Source: an uncultured virus (IMG/VR IMGVR_UViG_3300024505_000864)
Taxonomy: Duplodnaviria; Heunggongvirae; Uroviricota; Caudoviricetes
IMG/VR virus record: IMGVR_UViG_3300024505_000864
Strand: one strand, 5' to 3'
DNA length: 64,000 nucleotides
Both the position numbers and the translations under genes were made by a program. A model generated the notes under the pieces. The model was not told the origin of the DNA. It ran no database searches and saw only the letters and a program-made list of their open reading frames with translations. Below are positions 21,665 through 28,728 of this stretch, one piece after another. Positions within the stretch are counted from its first letter, which is position 1; each line of letters begins with the position of its first letter.

Positions 21665-21937
21665 TAGGAGTGGTGGGATTCGAACCCACCCTGGATGGAT
21701 TTTCTTACCACTACAACTTTCGTTGCCTCATAGAGTTTGTGGTCTGGACTATACCTTCACCATACCTTTCGGTTTAGGTGTTCCCCGTCTAGTCTCTACA
21801 CCTTCATCTTACGATGCTTGGCTCGGTATTGCCATTTTACAGGTTTCACCGAATTTGAGGAATTACACTCATAAGGTTTCCCAAATGAGGCTCAATTTTT
21901 CATAAGTCCACTGCCTCTTCCGCTGGGCTACACTCCC
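21665..21937 (-). tRNA. tRNA-Leu(TAA), exons 21937-21904 and 21703-21665
   Basis: Spliced anticodon arm GTGGA-CTT/AAAA-TCCAT; intact D and T arms. Confidence 0.9.
21704..21903 (-). mobile_element. Group I intron (cyanobacterial tRNA-Leu UAA type), 200 nt, no ORF
   Basis: P AATTCGGTGAA, Q AATACCGAGC, R GTAGAGACTAGA, S AAGGTATAGTCC; terminal G; inserted after U34. Confidence 0.9.
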
Positions 21938-21944
21938 ATAAAAA

Positions 21945-22151
21945 TCAACCGTTGTAGGTGATAGGATTATACTTGAGGTACTCGAAAAATGTCAACTTCA
22001 TTTCTTTGAGTGACATTCCACAGTGCTTTGCTGCCTCAGGTAGATTCATTTTTGATGTAAATAATCCTTCATTTGCTTCTCTTACATTCTCAGGAGTTGT
22101 TTTAACGGGAACTTCCTTGAGATTTTTAGAACTAATAGGAATAAAATTCAT
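21945..22151 (-). CDS. Small putative HTH protein
   Basis: MNLPEAAKHCGMSLKEMK. Confidence 0.6.
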   Translation of the reverse strand: MNFIPISSKNLKEVPVKTTPENVREANEGLFTSKMNLPEAAKHCGMSLKEMKLTFFEYLKYNPITYNG

Positions 22152-22175
22152 CTTTTATTTTTAATAATTTTTTAA

Positions 22176-22351
22176 TGAGTAGTGAGTGTCCACTACTCGG
22201 CCAGACACTTGGCCCCGAATGTTTCACTGCATTAGAGGGCAGTGAATGAGCAGGGTGAACAATCCCCTGACCCAAGAAAACTTAGGATTTAGTAAGTCGG
22301 ATATGATGATCCCGACTTGTATGAAAGATCCAGACATTTCTAGACCTTTCA
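22176..22351 (-). ncRNA. manA-like structured RNA
   Basis: Seven hairpins, complementary loops AGTGTC/GACACT, directly 3' of tRNA-Asn. Confidence 0.7.
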
Positions 22352-22352
22352 A

Positions 22353-22424
22353 CTCCCCCGGCAAGATTCGAACTTGCGACCCATTGATTAACAGTCAACT
22401 GCGCTACCGCTGCGCCACAGGGGA
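22353..22424 (-). tRNA. tRNA-Asn(GTT)
   Basis: Cloverleaf, CT-GTT-AA. Confidence 0.95.
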
Positions 22425-22445
22425 ATGTGAACCTTAAAGGTTCAG

Positions 22446-22517
22446 AGCGGGGTATCGGAATCGAACCGACGACATCTAACTTGGAAGGATAGCGTTCTAC
22501 CGCTGAACTAACCCCGC
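22446..22517 (-). tRNA. tRNA-Gly(TCC)
   Basis: Cloverleaf, CT-TCC-AA. Confidence 0.95.
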
Positions 22518-22554
22518 ATATTTAAGGTTGAAACTCTGTCTCAACCACCCTTAA

Positions 22555-22612
22555 ACTATAAGGCATAGTGCCTTGTTTGTCAAGAGTCTTATGCCACTCT
22601 TTAAAGTGGCAT
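22555..22612 (-). promoter_or_regulatory. sigma70 promoter with upstream dyad
   Basis: TTGACA-17-TATAGT; ATGCCACTT-TAAA-GAGTGGCAT 30 nt from the -10 box. Confidence 0.75.
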
Positions 22613-22613
22613 A

Positions 22614-22687
22614 TCGGAATAATAGGATTCGAACCTACGGCCCCTGCTTCCCAAAAGCAGTGCTCTACCAAACTGAGCTACATTCCG
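22614..22687 (-). tRNA. tRNA-Pro(TGG)
   Basis: Cloverleaf, TT-TGG-GA. Confidence 0.95.
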
Positions 22688-22763
22688 TGGTGGGAAATGT
22701 CGGATTCGAACCAACGACTTTCTGCGTGTAAAGCAGACACTCTAACCGCTGAGTTAATCTCCC
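22688..22763 (-). tRNA. tRNA-Val(TAC)
   Basis: Cloverleaf, TT-TAC-AC, encoded CCA. Confidence 0.95.
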
Positions 22764-22778
22764 ATTTGAGACCCCTTT

Positions 22779-22837
22779 AATATACCAGATCTCTGAGTCA
22801 TTGTCAAGGGGTCTCAGGACACTTTGAAAAGTGTCCT
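22779..22837 (-). promoter_or_regulatory. sigma70 promoter with perfect dyad
   Basis: TTGACA-17-TATATT; AGGACACTT-N4-AAGTGTCCT. Confidence 0.8.
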
Positions 22838-22849
22838 TATGTGTTTTGG

Positions 22850-23284
22850 TTACTCAGTAAAAGAACGAAGCATCCAAACAAATTTTCCATGTGCTTCATT
22901 TAAATCATCAAGAAGATTTACTGTTCCTCTTGATTTTTGATTTTCTGCTTCTTCAGCAGCATCATTAAACATATCAATCATTTTTTTGTGACTTTCAAGT
23001 AAGTCACGGATCATTTCCATCTCGGAAATGTTGGTCTTTGCTTCAGAGACTCCAGAAACTTCTAAAACTCTTGACAAAGAACTGATAGGTTTAATTCCTA
23101 AAAATCTCATGTGCTCTGATAATCGATCAATCTCTTCTTGAATTGATTCGTACTGTTCTCCAAACAAATCATGAATTTGTTTAAAGTCAGGTCCTACAAT
23201 ATGCCAATGATAGACCCATGTTTTTTGAAATAATAAAAAGAGTGATGCTTGAGTATCAGAAAGTAACTTATAGAGATTTTCCAT
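22850..23284 (-). CDS. dps: Dps / ferritin-like DNA protection protein
   Basis: HWHIVGPDFKQIHDLFGEQY...IDRLSEH...KFVWML; true start MENLY. Confidence 0.9.
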   Translation of the reverse strand: MENLYKLLSDTQASLFLLFQKTWVYHWHIVGPDFKQIHDLFGEQYESIQEEIDRLSEHMRFLGIKPISSLSRVLEVSGVSEAKTNISEMEMIRDLLESHKKMIDMFNDAAEEAENQKSRGTVNLLDDLNEAHGKFVWMLRSFTE

Positions 23285-23327
23285 ACAATTTTTGTGTGTA
23301 TGGTTATTTATGCTCCTTATGGAGCAA

Positions 23328-23413
23328 AGGAAAGTCAGGGATTCGAACCCTGGGAGGCTACAAACCTCAGTAGTTTTCAAGACTACCACCATCAACCACT
23401 CGGTCAACTTTCC
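23328..23413 (-). tRNA. tRNA-Ser(TGA)
   Basis: Cloverleaf with long variable arm, CT-TGA-AA. Confidence 0.95.
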
Positions 23414-23478
23414 AATATAACAATCATACTATATGTAGTATAGATTGTCAAGCGTTCTCTTAATTCAAGAGAACAAGG

Positions 23479-23550
23479 CACAGGATAGAGGACTTGAACC
23501 TCTACTAAAAGTTTTGGAGACTCTCGTGCTACCAATTACACCAATCCTGC
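23479..23550 (-). tRNA. tRNA-Trp(CCA)
   Basis: Cloverleaf, CT-CCA-AA. Confidence 0.9.
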
Positions 23551-23551
23551 T

Positions 23552-23626
23552 TGGTTCCAGAACTAGGATTCGAACCTAGACGTACACCTTCAAAGGGTGC
23601 TGACCTGCCAATTAGTCGATTCTGGA
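23552..23626 (-). tRNA. tRNA-Gln(TTG)
   Basis: Cloverleaf, CT-TTG-AA, encoded CCA. Confidence 0.95.
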
Positions 23627-23627
23627 T

Positions 23628-23704
23628 TGGAGTTCAGGGTGGGATTTGAACCCACGATAAGAAGTTTTGCAGACTTCCGCATTCGACCACTCTGCCACCT
23701 GAAC
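23628..23704 (-). tRNA. tRNA-Cys(GCA)
   Basis: Cloverleaf, CT-GCA-AA, encoded CCA. Confidence 0.95.
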
Positions 23705-23736
23705 ATTGAACTATCTGGAATTTCCAGATAGTTGAG

Positions 23737-23807
23737 AGCCCAATAACAGAATTGAACTGTTCTCTGCAGTTTACTAAACTGCTGCATCACCACAATGCTT
23801 ATCGGGC
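23737..23807 (-). tRNA. tRNA-Thr(AGT)
   Basis: GCAGT-TTAGTAA-ACTGC anticodon arm; paired acceptor, D and T stems. Confidence 0.85.
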
Positions 23808-23809
23808 GG

Positions 23810-23881
23810 GGTGCCGTATGGGAATTGAACCCATCTAAGTAGTTCCACAAACTACTGCCTTAACCACTAGGCTAACGACAC
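23810..23881 (-). tRNA. tRNA-His(GTG)
   Basis: Cloverleaf, TT-GTG-GA, C73. Confidence 0.9.
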
Positions 23882-23882
23882 A

Positions 23883-23954
23883 AGGCAGTGGGTAGAATTG
23901 AACTACCGACGAAGAGGGTATGAATCTCTTGTTCTACCACTGAACTACACTGCC
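23883..23954 (-). tRNA. tRNA-Met/Ile2(CAT), non-initiator
   Basis: TT-CAT-AC; lacks initiator GGG/CCC stem. Confidence 0.85.
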
Positions 23955-23958
23955 AAGG

Positions 23959-24045
23959 CAGAAAGGAAGGGATTCGAACCCTTGAGGGGATTTCTCCCCC
24001 GAAAGTTTAGCAAACTTTTGCCTTCAACCACTCGGCCACCTTTCT
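23959..24045 (-). tRNA. tRNA-Ser(GCT)
   Basis: Long variable arm, TT-GCT-AA. Confidence 0.95.
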
Positions 24046-24064
24046 AAATTTTCCCTTACGGGAA

Positions 24065-24138
24065 TTGGAATGGTCGGACTCGAACCGACGACCTCACGAT
24101 TATCAGTCGTGCTCTCTAACCAACTGAGATACATTCCA
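24065..24138 (-). tRNA. tRNA-Ile(GAT)
   Basis: Cloverleaf, CT-GAT-AA. Confidence 0.95.
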
Positions 24139-24139
24139 T

Positions 24140-24214
24140 TGGTAGTCTCGAAGGGATTTGAACCCTCGTTTTTGCTGTGAAAGAGCAACGTCCTAACCAT
24201 TAGACGACGAGACC
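24140..24214 (-). tRNA. tRNA-Glu(TTC)
   Basis: Cloverleaf, CT-TTC-AC, encoded CCA. Confidence 0.95.
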
Positions 24215-24217
24215 ATA

Positions 24218-24291
24218 CGACGATGAGGGGATTTGAACCCCCGATCTCCTGCGTGACAGGCAGGCGCTTTAAGCCACTAAGCTACACCGTC
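24218..24291 (-). tRNA. tRNA-Asp(GTC)
   Basis: Cloverleaf, CT-GTC-AC. Confidence 0.95.
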
Positions 24292-24295
24292 AAGG

Positions 24296-24377
24296 TGGGA
24301 GGAGCAGGATTCGAACCTGCGAAGGCAGAGCCGACGGTTTTACAGACCGTTTCCATTAACCACTCGGACATCCTCCC
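24296..24377 (-). tRNA. tRNA-Tyr(GTA)
   Basis: Variable arm, CT-GTA-AA. Confidence 0.95.
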
Positions 24378-24475
24378 AGATGGACTATGTGTGATATACC
24401 TCATAAGGATATAACAGGGACATAGCCTCTATCTTGCTACGGCATTCTTGTTTAATCGACAAGTGCAAGTAGCAA

Positions 24476-24547
24476 TGGGTCTGGTGGGACTCGAACCCAC
24501 AACCTTCACCTTAAAAGGGTGTTATTCTACCATTGAATTACAGACCC
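24476..24547 (-). tRNA. tRNA-Lys(TTT)
   Basis: Cloverleaf, CT-TTT-AA. Confidence 0.95.
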
Positions 24548-24561
24548 ATATAATGTGGTAA

Positions 24562-24600
24562 CTATTCAGTTGTCAAGGTTCTTGGGGTCTCGTTCCCCCA
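24562..24600 (-). promoter_or_regulatory. rrn-like boxB/boxA antitermination signal
   Basis: Hairpin TGGGG/CCCCA followed by GAACCTTGACAACTGAATAG. Confidence 0.6.
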
Positions 24601-24611
24601 CCGACTCAAGT

Positions 24612-24669
24612 AATATACCCTGGATTGGACCCCAGTGGAAAATGATACGACCAGTTGAACAAGTGGCAC
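24612..24669 (-). promoter_or_regulatory. Early promoter module heading the tRNA operon
   Basis: GTGCCACTT-GTTC-AACTGGTCG + 30 nt + TATATT. Confidence 0.7.
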
Positions 24670-24676
24670 AAAGCAT

Positions 24677-24712
24677 AAAAAAAGAGGGAGAACCTTTTGG
24701 ATTCTCCCTCTT
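24677..24712 (-). terminator. Intrinsic terminator (attenuator 3:4 stem)
   Basis: AAGAGGGAGAA...TTCTCCCTCTTTTTT. Confidence 0.85.
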
Positions 24713-24735
24713 GATTGCTTTTATGGTTTGTTACT

Positions 24736-24837
24736 TTAACTTTGACTTACCATATTCGCAACCAAGAGAGATTCACCCATAAACCAGCAGGTAATGGGAC
24801 TAATATCACTCTTTGGTTGTGTATGAAGGTTAGTCAT
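24736..24837 (-). CDS. Putative 33-aa attenuator leader peptide MTNLHTQPKSDISPITCWFMGESLLVANMVSQS
   Basis: Manual translation downstream of TATAAATA (24865-24858); overlaps mutually exclusive stems. Confidence 0.65.
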   Translation of the reverse strand: MTNLHTQPKSDISPITCWFMGESLLVANMVSQS

Positions 24838-24896
24838 TGTTTTTATGTTGTATGGTTTATTTATACAAGTTTTTTTAAAAAATGTCAATATTAGGA

Positions 24897-25451
24897 TTAA
24901 ATTCTTTCAATAACAGTAAGTCCGTTATTATTAGTTCTATGAATTTTGAACTGCCATACTCCAGGATTCTCAATCATATAATGAATAATTGCAGGGAGGA
25001 GACCGTTGCTTCCTTTTTTCCCCTGAAATTCTTCAGATACGGTTCCATATGTTTGAGTATCATGGAATGCAATATACTTTCTTGCTTTTGGTGCATGTAA
25101 TCTAAGTTCTTGAATTAATTGATCATAGCAGTGCCATGTATCAATAAAAAGTAAATCAGTTTCTTCGATTTCTATGTCGAGTACGTTAGACTCTACATAA
25201 CTGACATCTTTTCCTGAATTTTTAGCATGTTCAAATAAACCATTTACACCAGAATCTAAAGATAAATCATAAGCACGTAGAATAACGTCAGAATTTAGAA
25301 ATGCCCGAGTACTTATTCCAGTTCGTGTGCCCATTTCTGTAACATGAGCACACTCATCTGCAAGTTCTTTTAAAACTTCTAAATGTTCATTGATATCTGA
25401 ATCATTTCTGATAGCAGATTCATATTCATTTTTTAAAAGGTCAGTTGTCAT
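24897..25451 (-). CDS. Class I SAM-dependent methyltransferase
   Basis: EMGTRTGIST...DLLFIDTWH...IAFHDT. Confidence 0.8.
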   Translation of the reverse strand: MTTDLLKNEYESAIRNDSDINEHLEVLKELADECAHVTEMGTRTGISTRAFLNSDVILRAYDLSLDSGVNGLFEHAKNSGKDVSYVESNVLDIEIEETDLLFIDTWHCYDQLIQELRLHAPKARKYIAFHDTQTYGTVSEEFQGKKGSNGLLPAIIHYMIENPGVWQFKIHRTNNNGLTVIERI

Positions 25452-25484
25452 TTTTATCTCAATATCTTATAGAATATGTATAAG

Positions 25485-25730
25485 CTATGGAGTAGTGCAA
25501 ATTCCTGAGGTTTCTGAGAATGGTTCAGGTTCTGGAGGAACTGGTTCGGGTTCAGGTGGAACTGGTTCTGGAACTGGTTCAGGTGGAACTGGTTCTGGAA
25601 TTGGTTCAGGTGGTGGGGGGAGTGGAATTGGTGGTTCTGGATAAAGTTTGTAACACAAACACCAATGTCCATCTTCATACTTAAGGTATGGCATATGATA
25701 TGCAAAGTAAGATCTATTTGAATGATTCAT
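25485..25730 (-). CDS. Pro/Glu-rich small protein
   Basis: GGAGG SD; PEPVPPEP repeats. Confidence 0.7.
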   Translation of the reverse strand: MNHSNRSYFAYHMPYLKYEDGHWCLCYKLYPEPPIPLPPPPEPIPEPVPPEPVPEPVPPEPEPVPPEPEPFSETSGICTTP

Positions 25731-25743
25731 TGTAACCTCCGGA

Positions 25744-25935
25744 TTAATTCATCCAACTATAATTGTAAGCATTTTGATAAACATTATTCATGTAACCATA
25801 ATTAACTAGATTTTGATCAATTGTAGAAATTTGACTACGATAAATGTTGTAATATGGACTATAATTATAATAATTTAAAGGATATGGCATCCTTCTATAT
25901 GGATAAGGACGATACTGGTTATAGTAGTATGACAT
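25744..25935 (-). CDS. Tyr/Asn-rich small protein
   Basis: AGGAG SD; ORF track. Confidence 0.75.
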   Translation of the reverse strand: MSYYYNQYRPYPYRRMPYPLNYYNYSPYYNIYRSQISTIDQNLVNYGYMNNVYQNAYNYSWMN

Positions 25936-25944
25936 TATTATCTC

Positions 25945-26091
25945 CTAGTAGGAATAGTATGGATAATAACGATATGGGTGATAATATGGATTATAATAAT
26001 ATGGATTGCAATATGGATTATAATAATATGGGTTATAACAATCGTAATCGCAATATCTTCTATAATATGGATAAGGTCTTGGGTAATACAT
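25945..26091 (-). CDS. 48-aa Tyr/Pro/Cys-rich peptide, not in ORF track
   Basis: GGAG SD; MYYPRPYPYYRRYCDYDCYNPYYYNPYCNPYYYNPYYHPYRYYPYYSY. Confidence 0.75.
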   Translation of the reverse strand: MYYPRPYPYYRRYCDYDCYNPYYYNPYCNPYYYNPYYHPYRYYPYYSY

Positions 26092-26836
26092 TTGAGTCTC
26101 CTGATTGATTGTTTATATCAAAAGTCCAAATGTCGTATCCTTCCTGTTTAATATAATCAAAGGGAATCCAACAGTACCCCCCGTTTCCCCAATTGGGACC
26201 AAAACTATTCTTTGCTAAGAATAATCTCTTTTTTAAATCATATCCAACCATGCACATAGCATGACCACCAAGACTTTTTTCTTTCCTAGATGGAAAACTT
26301 ACAGTAGAAATACGTTCATTTAGATCCATAAAACTATCATAAATTTCCATTCCGAATACAACTGGTTTGTTGTTGCTCAATACTTGAGTAATGTAGTAGG
26401 TGCTGATGAGTTTCTGATACTTTAGAACTTTTCTTTTCTTAGCATCTTCATAACATTCATCAGTGGGACGATCATCAAATTTTTCTATATCATAAGGCCA
26501 TAATTCTTCGGAGCAAACTCCAAATTTATTCAATGACTTTAACCCATCTCTCAGATACATTCCAGAATCTTCTTCAACTAAACTAGTTTCAAAACGAGTA
26601 TTATAATAAATGAATAACCTACTAAGTTGAGTAAAATATTCTGGATAATCACGTTTTACCATTAGTTCAAATGCATTTGTGAGTGCATTGGCAGAACAAC
26701 TACTAAGTAAATCCTGAGATTCGACAATAGTATCCCATTCACGAAGGTCTACAGATTCAGGTAGAACTTCTGTGCTATTACTATGGTAAATGTAATCTCT
26801 ATGATCTGGTAAAGATGGTTTGATATTAAAAGTCAT
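26060..26836 (-). CDS. Papain-family (C1) cysteine peptidase
   Basis: VDLR...Q...SSCSANA...GGHAMCMVGY...KNSFGPNWGNGGY. Confidence 0.9.
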   Translation of the reverse strand: MTFNIKPSLPDHRDYIYHSNSTEVLPESVDLREWDTIVESQDLLSSCSANALTNAFELMVKRDYPEYFTQLSRLFIYYNTRFETSLVEEDSGMYLRDGLKSLNKFGVCSEELWPYDIEKFDDRPTDECYEDAKKRKVLKYQKLISTYYITQVLSNNKPVVFGMEIYDSFMDLNERISTVSFPSRKEKSLGGHAMCMVGYDLKKRLFLAKNSFGPNWGNGGYCWIPFDYIKQEGYDIWTFDINNQSGDSNVLPKTLSIL

Positions 26837-26848
26837 TGTTCTATCGAA

Positions 26849-27460
26849 TTAGATGATTCTCCACTGTCCACCACGAAATACTATAGATACCGATTGATTC
26901 GGTACAGATATAATGTAATTGTTTGCATTATCAATCTTTTCAAGTCCAGATGGTTGGATAGTAATCTTTCCAGATCCTTGTCCATATTCATCTTTAATTG
27001 TATAAACTCTACCAGTAACTCCAATTGGAAGTGTGATTGTTACAGCTCCAGCACTATACACTCCAATGTATTCATCATTTACAGTTGCTGTATAGTTACT
27101 AGTGACACCAATTGTTGCAATTAAGTCTGCTCCAGCAGCAGATATAGTAATATTACCAGTAGAATTAGATATAGTAATACCATTTCCTGCAATTAAAGAA
27201 AGGACTCCAGTATTCGATACTGCAAAACCAACTGTGTTTCCAATTGAAACTAAGTTAGTAATTGTAACTCCAGCACCAGCAATTGGATTTACTGAAGTAA
27301 CTACATTACTTCCACCAATACTAACTTGATTAAAAGATACTGAAGAACTTGGTGATACATCTTGTTCTAAAGAAATAAATCCCTCTAAAACGTTGATGAA
27401 ACTACCAACTCCAACCACTCCATATTCTGTTTTTGATGTAGGTTGAGCTAAATATGCCAT
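26849..27460 (-). CDS. Beta-rich fibre-like structural protein
   Basis: AGxGxTI repeats; C-terminal YTATxxDxYIGV...W.II domain shared with the next gene. Confidence 0.65.
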   Translation of the reverse strand: MAYLAQPTSKTEYGVVGVGSFINVLEGFISLEQDVSPSSSVSFNQVSIGGSNVVTSVNPIAGAGVTITNLVSIGNTVGFAVSNTGVLSLIAGNGITISNSTGNITISAAGADLIATIGVTSNYTATVNDEYIGVYSAGAVTITLPIGVTGRVYTIKDEYGQGSGKITIQPSGLEKIDNANNYIISVPNQSVSIVFRGGQWRII

Positions 27461-27471
27461 TGTTTACTCCG

Positions 27472-28044
27472 TTAAATGATGTACCAATCTCCACCACGAC
27501 AAAATACATTGACCGATTGGTAAGGTACTTCCATAACATATTTGTCAGTTCCATCAATGTAACTACCGTCAGTTGTAGTAACTGTGACTTTACGATTACC
27601 TAAAGGTGGTCCCATTTCTGCCTTCACGATGATCTCACAGCAGTCGGTGCAGTTCTCAGGTAGTGAAATAGTAACAGGTCCTTCACTGTTGACACCGATG
27701 TAATAATCGTCACAAGTAGCAGTATAATCATTTGAAACCAGAATGCTTTTGCATTTGCAAGTACACACTCCTGGTTCCCCTTGGGGTCCCGGTGGTCCTT
27801 GTTCTCCTGGTGGTCCAGGAGGTCCTGGAGGTCCTGGAGGTCCTGGTGGACATTCATCAGGACAATCATCATCTTCAATGGTAATGCTAAGATTAGAAAC
27901 ACTTGTTCCCGATTTTGGAGGAACTACATCCAAAGCTTTTTGAATGTTCTGTAAGGCAGAATTTAGTTGCTCTTGAGAACCATGACCCTTAGCAGCAGTT
28001 AAAAGAGTGTTTAACTCTATAAGTTTTCTTTCGTAGTCATCCAT
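27472..28044 (-). CDS. Collagen-like protein with Cys-rich flanks
   Basis: Short (GPP)n/GXY tract; C-terminal domain paralogous to 26849-27460. Confidence 0.8.
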   Translation of the reverse strand: MDDYERKLIELNTLLTAAKGHGSQEQLNSALQNIQKALDVVPPKSGTSVSNLSITIEDDDCPDECPPGPPGPPGPPGPPGEQGPPGPQGEPGVCTCKCKSILVSNDYTATCDDYYIGVNSEGPVTISLPENCTDCCEIIVKAEMGPPLGNRKVTVTTTDGSYIDGTDKYVMEVPYQSVNVFCRGGDWYII

Positions 28045-28098
28045 AGTTCATTCTCCTAAGAATAAAGGGGGGAATCCCCCCCATTTAACTATGAATAA

Positions 28099-28728
28099 TC
28101 AGCGGACCTGATTGGAAGTTGAGGATTGACCTACACCTGCCATGGTTCCAAAGTTATAGAGACCCTGACGAGTTTCTGATAAATTGGAGTTCAGAGCATT
28201 GATTTGAGAAGCAAGGGCAGCATACTGACCATTGCCATAGAGACCTTCGAAACGATCTGCCTCAGCACGATAGAAATTAACATCACTGTTTCTTTCAATC
28301 AGCATACGATTGAGGTCAGAATTCTTGAGGTCATTGATGAGAGCACGGGTCTTCTCACCATCCTCAGAGACATACTTCTGAGTTGAAAGAGCACTGATTT
28401 CAGCATTCTTATCAACAGCAACGGCAAGTCTTGATAGTTCAGCAAGATGCGCAGCATATGCTTGCTGTTGAGCAATGTAGAAATCTACTTGCTTACCAGC
28501 AAGACGATCTGCTTCGTCCTGAACTCTATCGGAAAGTGCCCAACCTGAGGACTTGATAGCATCATTTAATTCATCTGCTTTGGTAGCAACTTGCTCACGA
28601 GTTCTACCTGATTCAAAAGCAACATCAGTACGAATTGCTGCTGTGTGCTCTACTGCTTCTCTACGAATATCTGAGTGCTGCTATGAAAGTGCAGTCCAGG
28701 GATCTGGTGCGTAAATTGTGTCAGCCAT
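28099..28728 (-). pseudogene. 209-codon coiled-coil gene with in-frame TAG at codon 16 (nonsense mutation, readthrough or sequence error)
   Basis: AAGGAG SD, MADTIYAPDPWTALS*QHSDIRREA...DGEKTRALIND...NQVR; single stop at 28681-28683. Confidence 0.75.

Noticed and set aside
23285..23407. N-terminal extension of Dps in the ORF track
   Set aside because: Overlaps tRNA-Ser(TGA); a late promoter and ATG at 23284 give the normal Dps length.
21723..24414. Short ORFs called across the tRNA/intron region (e.g. 21723, 22246, 22568, 23590, 24223)
   Set aside because: They overlap clear tRNA, intron or ncRNA structures.
25390..25644. Gly/Ser-rich plus-strand ORF
   Set aside because: Antisense shadow of the Pro/Glu-rich minus-strand gene, which has the SD and operon context.
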